Assembly: GCA_944389885.1 (NCBI GenBank)
Contig: CALXNZ010000009.1
Span: forward strand, 8,715-72,714
Reading direction: 5' to 3'
From: an uncultured Opitutales bacterium
GTDB taxonomy: Bacteria > Verrucomicrobiota > Verrucomicrobiia > Opitutales > Intestinicryptomonadaceae
Length of the DNA stretch: 64,000 nucleotides
Position 1 is the stretch's first letter, and each line of letters begins with the position of its first letter. A program made the position numbers and the translations under genes. The notes beneath the pieces were generated by a model, which saw only the letters and a program-made list of their open reading frames with translations, ran no database searches and had not been told where the DNA came from. This document shows, one piece after another, positions 60,729 through 64,000 of the stretch.

Positions 60729-62084
60729 CTACCATACAAAATCCCTCGCAACAGCCTCCACAATATCCATCTTTCCCGTTCCGCAAAGCGATTCGCGCGC
60801 GGCGTAATTAGCCAAGGCAAGCGCCCAAAATCTATCGGAGTGCCCGTCAGAACTCCTGGGGGCGCAAAAGCGTATTCCGCCGCTGCGCGTTGACATCTTC
60901 TTCACCGCGCGTATATCGGCCCGCACTTCGGGATCGTCGGGGATCCTCAACAATGCGTCTTCAAAACGGCTCCTCAGCGGATAGGCGAGCTCCTCTTTTA
61001 CCCCCTGGGTAAAGCTTACGCCTTCAACGCGTCCCGAACCGTAGCGGGCTATGGCGCGCTCCGCAAACTGTCGCCCCAATCCGCTTTGGTCTATGGCAAC
61101 CCTGCGCAGGTTAGGCAGTCTCAAAAAATTTTCGAGCTCCGCCTCCTGTTCCGAAAACGGCGTATCCGATATTGCAAGTACTCGCCTCGTATAAAGAACA
61201 TCTCCCACGCGCTCAAGCAGCCAGAATACAGACAAATCGCGGCTCCTCCCCACGTCTATGCCCAAAAAAAGAGGATTCCCCGCCCCCTCAAAACATTCCC
61301 AATCCACCCCCTCTTTATAGAGGCAGCGGTTCATCGAATCATAAGATATGAACGCCGACGCGTCATCGGCTGGACAACACATGTATTCCTGCAAAAAGCT
61401 TTCCTCGTCGGCGCAGGACTTCTTAACCAAATCAAAATATTCCGCCTCGTCCATATGCGACACTTCGTGTTCCGGAGGCAAGGCAGCTTTTATTTTTCCC
61501 AAAAGCCCCTGTTCGAGGGCGTCCTGAAGTGTCACTCTATGCAGAGATATATTCTTGGGATTTCCGCCGTTTCTGGCCTCGTCCACAAGCTTGTAAAAGA
61601 AATTATCCGTGCCCCTATGGGTTGAGATTATCTGCAGACTCCCCCCCCAAGTTATGCCGGGATAAGCCACGGCATAAAGCAGGGCGGGATCGGGATGCAG
61701 GGCAAACTCATCGAGAACTCTCGTGCCGCGCTTCCCTGCCTGGGCGTCCGGATTCGACGATAAAGACCATATGCGCGTGCCGTCTGCAAAACCTATGCTG
61801 CGGGCGTCGGCGCTTGAATCCACGTGCGAATTGGACACCTCGGAAATGGCGATCCCAAGTATGTCGGCGAATTTCCTGCAATCGTCTATAAACAGCTTTG
61901 CCTGAAGCTCGTCGCGCGAGCTCACCCATGTGTCGCGCCTGGACAATCCTGCGCAATGCCTCCGCACGAGGGCGTATGCGGTCGTCCAACTCATTCCTAT
62001 CTGCCGCGACTTCTCCATCAATTTTATACGCGACTCGTCCCTTATCCAAGCTACTTGGTACGGTAAAAAAAATTTATCTTCCAT
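60729..62084 (-). CDS. Mu gp28-like terminase large subunit, intact
   Basis: LPYQ, EKSRQIG (Walker A), VLDEFA (Walker B), IST; nuclease acidic residues in GIDVG, AIDQSGLG and HSDRFWA. Confidence 0.9.
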   Translation of the reverse strand: MEDKFFLPYQVAWIRDESRIKLMEKSRQIGMSWTTAYALVRRHCAGLSRRDTWVSSRDELQAKLFIDDCRKFADILGIAISEVSNSHVDSSADARSIGFADGTRIWSLSSNPDAQAGKRGTRVLDEFALHPDPALLYAVAYPGITWGGSLQIISTHRGTDNFFYKLVDEARNGGNPKNISLHRVTLQDALEQGLLGKIKAALPPEHEVSHMDEAEYFDLVKKSCADEESFLQEYMCCPADDASAFISYDSMNRCLYKEGVDWECFEGAGNPLFLGIDVGRSRDLSVFWLLERVGDVLYTRRVLAISDTPFSEQEAELENFLRLPNLRRVAIDQSGLGRQFAERAIARYGSGRVEGVSFTQGVKEELAYPLRSRFEDALLRIPDDPEVRADIRAVKKMSTRSGGIRFCAPRSSDGHSDRFWALALANYAARESLCGTGKMDIVEAVARDFVW

Positions 62085-62100
62085 ATTCCATAACGGATCA

Positions 62101-62448
62101 TCAAATAAGTTTGAGCTTAGCCTCTATTTTTCTCATGGCAGACTCGCTAATTGACACCTCTCCGGAAACCCCATAGGGGTTTTCTCTTGCAGGCTCGCAC
62201 TTTATAGCCGACAATTTCTGAATTACTCCCGCCAAGGCATTCAACTCCGTTGGAGAAAGGCTTCCCGCCGGAGAGCACAACATGTCGAATGCGGCTTCCC
62301 ACGCCTTGTCCAAGGCGGCTTTCGGAATGTCGCTTGAAAAATTTTCCGCTATTTTTTTTGCATTCGCAGAGGCCGACCTTATGCGTTCGATGTGCTCCAG
62401 AAAAGCTCCCCCGCTACCGGAGTCTTTTTCTTTCCTTTTTGCAGCCAC
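62101..62448 (-). CDS. Mu gp27/DUF3486-like terminase small subunit, N-terminally shortened
   Basis: IERIRSASANAKKIAE helix and C-terminal ISESAMRKIEAKLKLI resemble the gp27 family; position directly before TerL. Confidence 0.6.
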   Translation of the reverse strand: MAAKRKEKDSGSGGAFLEHIERIRSASANAKKIAENFSSDIPKAALDKAWEAAFDMLCSPAGSLSPTELNALAGVIQKLSAIKCEPARENPYGVSGEVSISESAMRKIEAKLKLI

Positions 62449-62449
62449 T

Positions 62450-62713
62450 TCAGACCTCCCCGGATTCGAGGTAATCGCGCCCGTCCGCCGAAAGCTTGGC
62501 GCGCAATTCTCCGGCTGACAAAGCGGAACGGGAAAGTGTTATCATACCCTTCTGCGCCAGATAGTCCAATTCCGAAGAAAGTTCTTTTAAGTCCATGCAA
62601 AAGCCCGCCGTTTCCAATCCCACAAGTATTGTCGAACGCGGAAGGCTCGCCGGAGACGCCGCCTCAAGTTGCAGCAATATAGTGCGCCTCAAGCTTAAAA
62701 TATCCATATTCAT
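62450..62713 (-). CDS. Mu gp26-like small winged-helix protein
   Basis: RRTILLQL...ELDYLAQKGMI...KLSADGRDY pattern and position. Confidence 0.65.
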   Translation of the reverse strand: MNMDILSLRRTILLQLEAASPASLPRSTILVGLETAGFCMDLKELSSELDYLAQKGMITLSRSALSAGELRAKLSADGRDYLESGEV

Positions 62714-63123
62714 ATCGAAGATCCACCTTTCATTTTAAGGACAATTCTATCGGTTTTTAAAGAGAGTTCGCATATGCGCTGATTCGCAATTTGAGCCTGC
62801 GCAACGAGAGAACTTATATTTTGGGCATTGCGCCCGGCAAGTTCACGGGCTTCTTCAAATCCACGAATATATTGCTTTTGCATGGTCCGAACTTCGTCGC
62901 GGATTTCCGCGCGCAAATTGCGTATATCTTGGACAGCCTCTCCAAGGCAACGCATTATTTCCGCGCGCACTTTTTCCATTTGCTGATGCGTCACATAAGT
63001 AAGCTTTGGATCCGGTTTTTCCGCATAAAATTCCCTAATGCGCAATGCCAGGCAATACGCGCCTAAAATCGCCGTAAGCGATACGAGCGCAGTGCCTATA
63101 ATTTGAGCGTTTTCAATATCCAT
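62710..63123 (-). CDS. Mu gp25/DUF2730-like protein (N-terminal TM plus coiled coil)
   Basis: Single N-terminal TM then coiled coil; ATGA overlap with the next gene; position. Confidence 0.55.
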   Translation of the reverse strand: MDIENAQIIGTALVSLTAILGAYCLALRIREFYAEKPDPKLTYVTHQQMEKVRAEIMRCLGEAVQDIRNLRAEIRDEVRTMQKQYIRGFEEARELAGRNAQNISSLVAQAQIANQRICELSLKTDRIVLKMKGGSSI

Positions 63124-63272
63124 GCGCCATATTCTAATCACCGGGCCCCAAACCCACAAACCAACTTTTGATATTTTTGAAAAAATACCCCTTTGACACA
63201 AAGCACTTGATTAAAAAATTTTCTTGAAGACGCAGAGGAACAAAATATTCAAACCCTAAGAAAGGTTGTAAT

Positions 63273-64000
63273 ATGGGTAGTATAAAAATTGTGTTGGGTA
63301 TTGTTCTAACTCTATTTCTTGCGTCAACGTCATACGGGAAAACATACACGGTAAAATCTCCGGACGGAATGCTTGAAGCGTCGGTGAGCGACGGCCAGAA
63401 ACTTTTATTATCGCTCAAGGCCGACGGCAAAGCCATTTTTGAGGGATCCCAGATAGGAATGCTCACCGACAAGGGCAATCTCGGAATAGGCGCGGAAGCG
63501 GAATCCTTTACAACGCTCTCCAACAGCGGTTCCATCGAAACGGTCTGCGGATTGCGCAAAGAAGTTCCTGACAATTTTAACCAGATAGAGCTTTCTTTCG
63601 GAAAATATAAACTCCAAGTCCGCGCATATAATGAAGCCGTGGCATATCGTTTTGTGACAGATTTCGGAGACGGAGCTATAACAGTAAAGGACGAAATTCT
63701 CACCCTGCCGTGGATAAAAAACGACTCACAGATAATTTCCCACCCTGTAAGGGGGGATTGGACTTCCTTTGAGGAAAACTACGCCCGCCAAAAAGCGGAA
63801 GATTTAAAGAAATTTCACAGCGCAACAATGCCTTTTATAATACAAAAAGGAGCGTATAAAATAGCCATAGTCGAATCCGGGCTGCTCGATTACCCGGGGC
63901 TCCGCATTGCATGGAAAAAGGATTCGCCATACCCCGCCGCATATTTCGCCAAATGCCCCGAAAAGCTCAGCACAAAAAAATGCGGATTCGAGCTCCAACC
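63273..64000 (+). CDS. GH97 glycoside hydrolase, 5' part (runs off the window; absent from the ORF track)
   Basis: MGSIKIVLGIV signal peptide; SPDG, RAYNEAVAYRF, TSFEENY and LDYPG motifs. Confidence 0.8.
   Translation, partial: MGSIKIVLGIVLTLFLASTSYGKTYTVKSPDGMLEASVSDGQKLLLSLKADGKAIFEGSQIGMLTDKGNLGIGAEAESFTTLSNSGSIETVCGLRKEVPDNFNQIELSFGKYKLQVRAYNEAVAYRFVTDFGDGAITVKDEILTLPWIKNDSQIISHPVRGDWTSFEENYARQKAEDLKKFHSATMPFIIQKGAYKIAIVESGLLDYPGLRIAWKKDSPYPAAYFAKCPEKLSTKKCGFELQ

Larger units (their letters stand above)
60729..63123 (-). mobile_element. isolated Mu-like packaging cassette (prophage relic or domesticated module)
   Basis: Four tightly packed phage-type genes flanked by hup and a GH97 gene; no other phage genes in the window. 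Confidence 0.7.

Noticed and set aside
1-64000. The many 60-250 aa ORFs overlapping identified genes on the opposite strand or in other frames (e.g. 18827..19687, 20534..21286, 11662..12585)
   Set aside because: They are shadow ORFs of GC-rich coding sequence, with no motifs, lying fully over well-supported genes.
1-64000. CRISPR array, rRNA, tRNA, integrase or IS element
   Set aside because: No regularly spaced repeats, cloverleaf/T-loop signatures, or transposase/integrase motifs were seen.

Overview
Bacterial chromosomal window of mostly housekeeping genes. PEP-CTERM proteins, a Wza/Wzc export locus, an LpxL-GT9 fusion and scattered secreted carbohydrate enzymes suggest a Verrucomicrobiota (Opitutales-like) host; this is inference only. 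Core genes: argA, efp, pyrD, mpl, mutL, purT, a complete trpEGDCFBA operon, hemA, a polyprenyl synthase, mtaB, folD, rpmJ/rpmE2, tkt, fba, purE and HU. I saw no rRNA, tRNA, CRISPR array, integrase or transposase. Main second-look items: (1) an isolated, intact four-gene Mu-like packaging cassette (gp25-gp26-TerS-TerL, 60729-63123) with no portal, capsid, lysis or transposase genes and a TerS lacking its N-terminal domain; (2) a recurrent sigma70-like promoter with a 13-14 bp rather than 17 bp spacer, including a perfect TTGACA-N13-TATAAT at trp; (3) a complete trpL attenuator; (4) a Wzc with an N-terminal [G/S]Y[G/S] low-complexity tract; (5) a duplicated PEP-CTERM unit with a 220-bp identical block, a nonsense codon and a small secreted-peptide ORF; (6) several apparent pseudo-enzymes (GH32, MutL endonuclease domain, RluA-like, GT9). 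All family calls come from motif recognition by eye; no database search was run.
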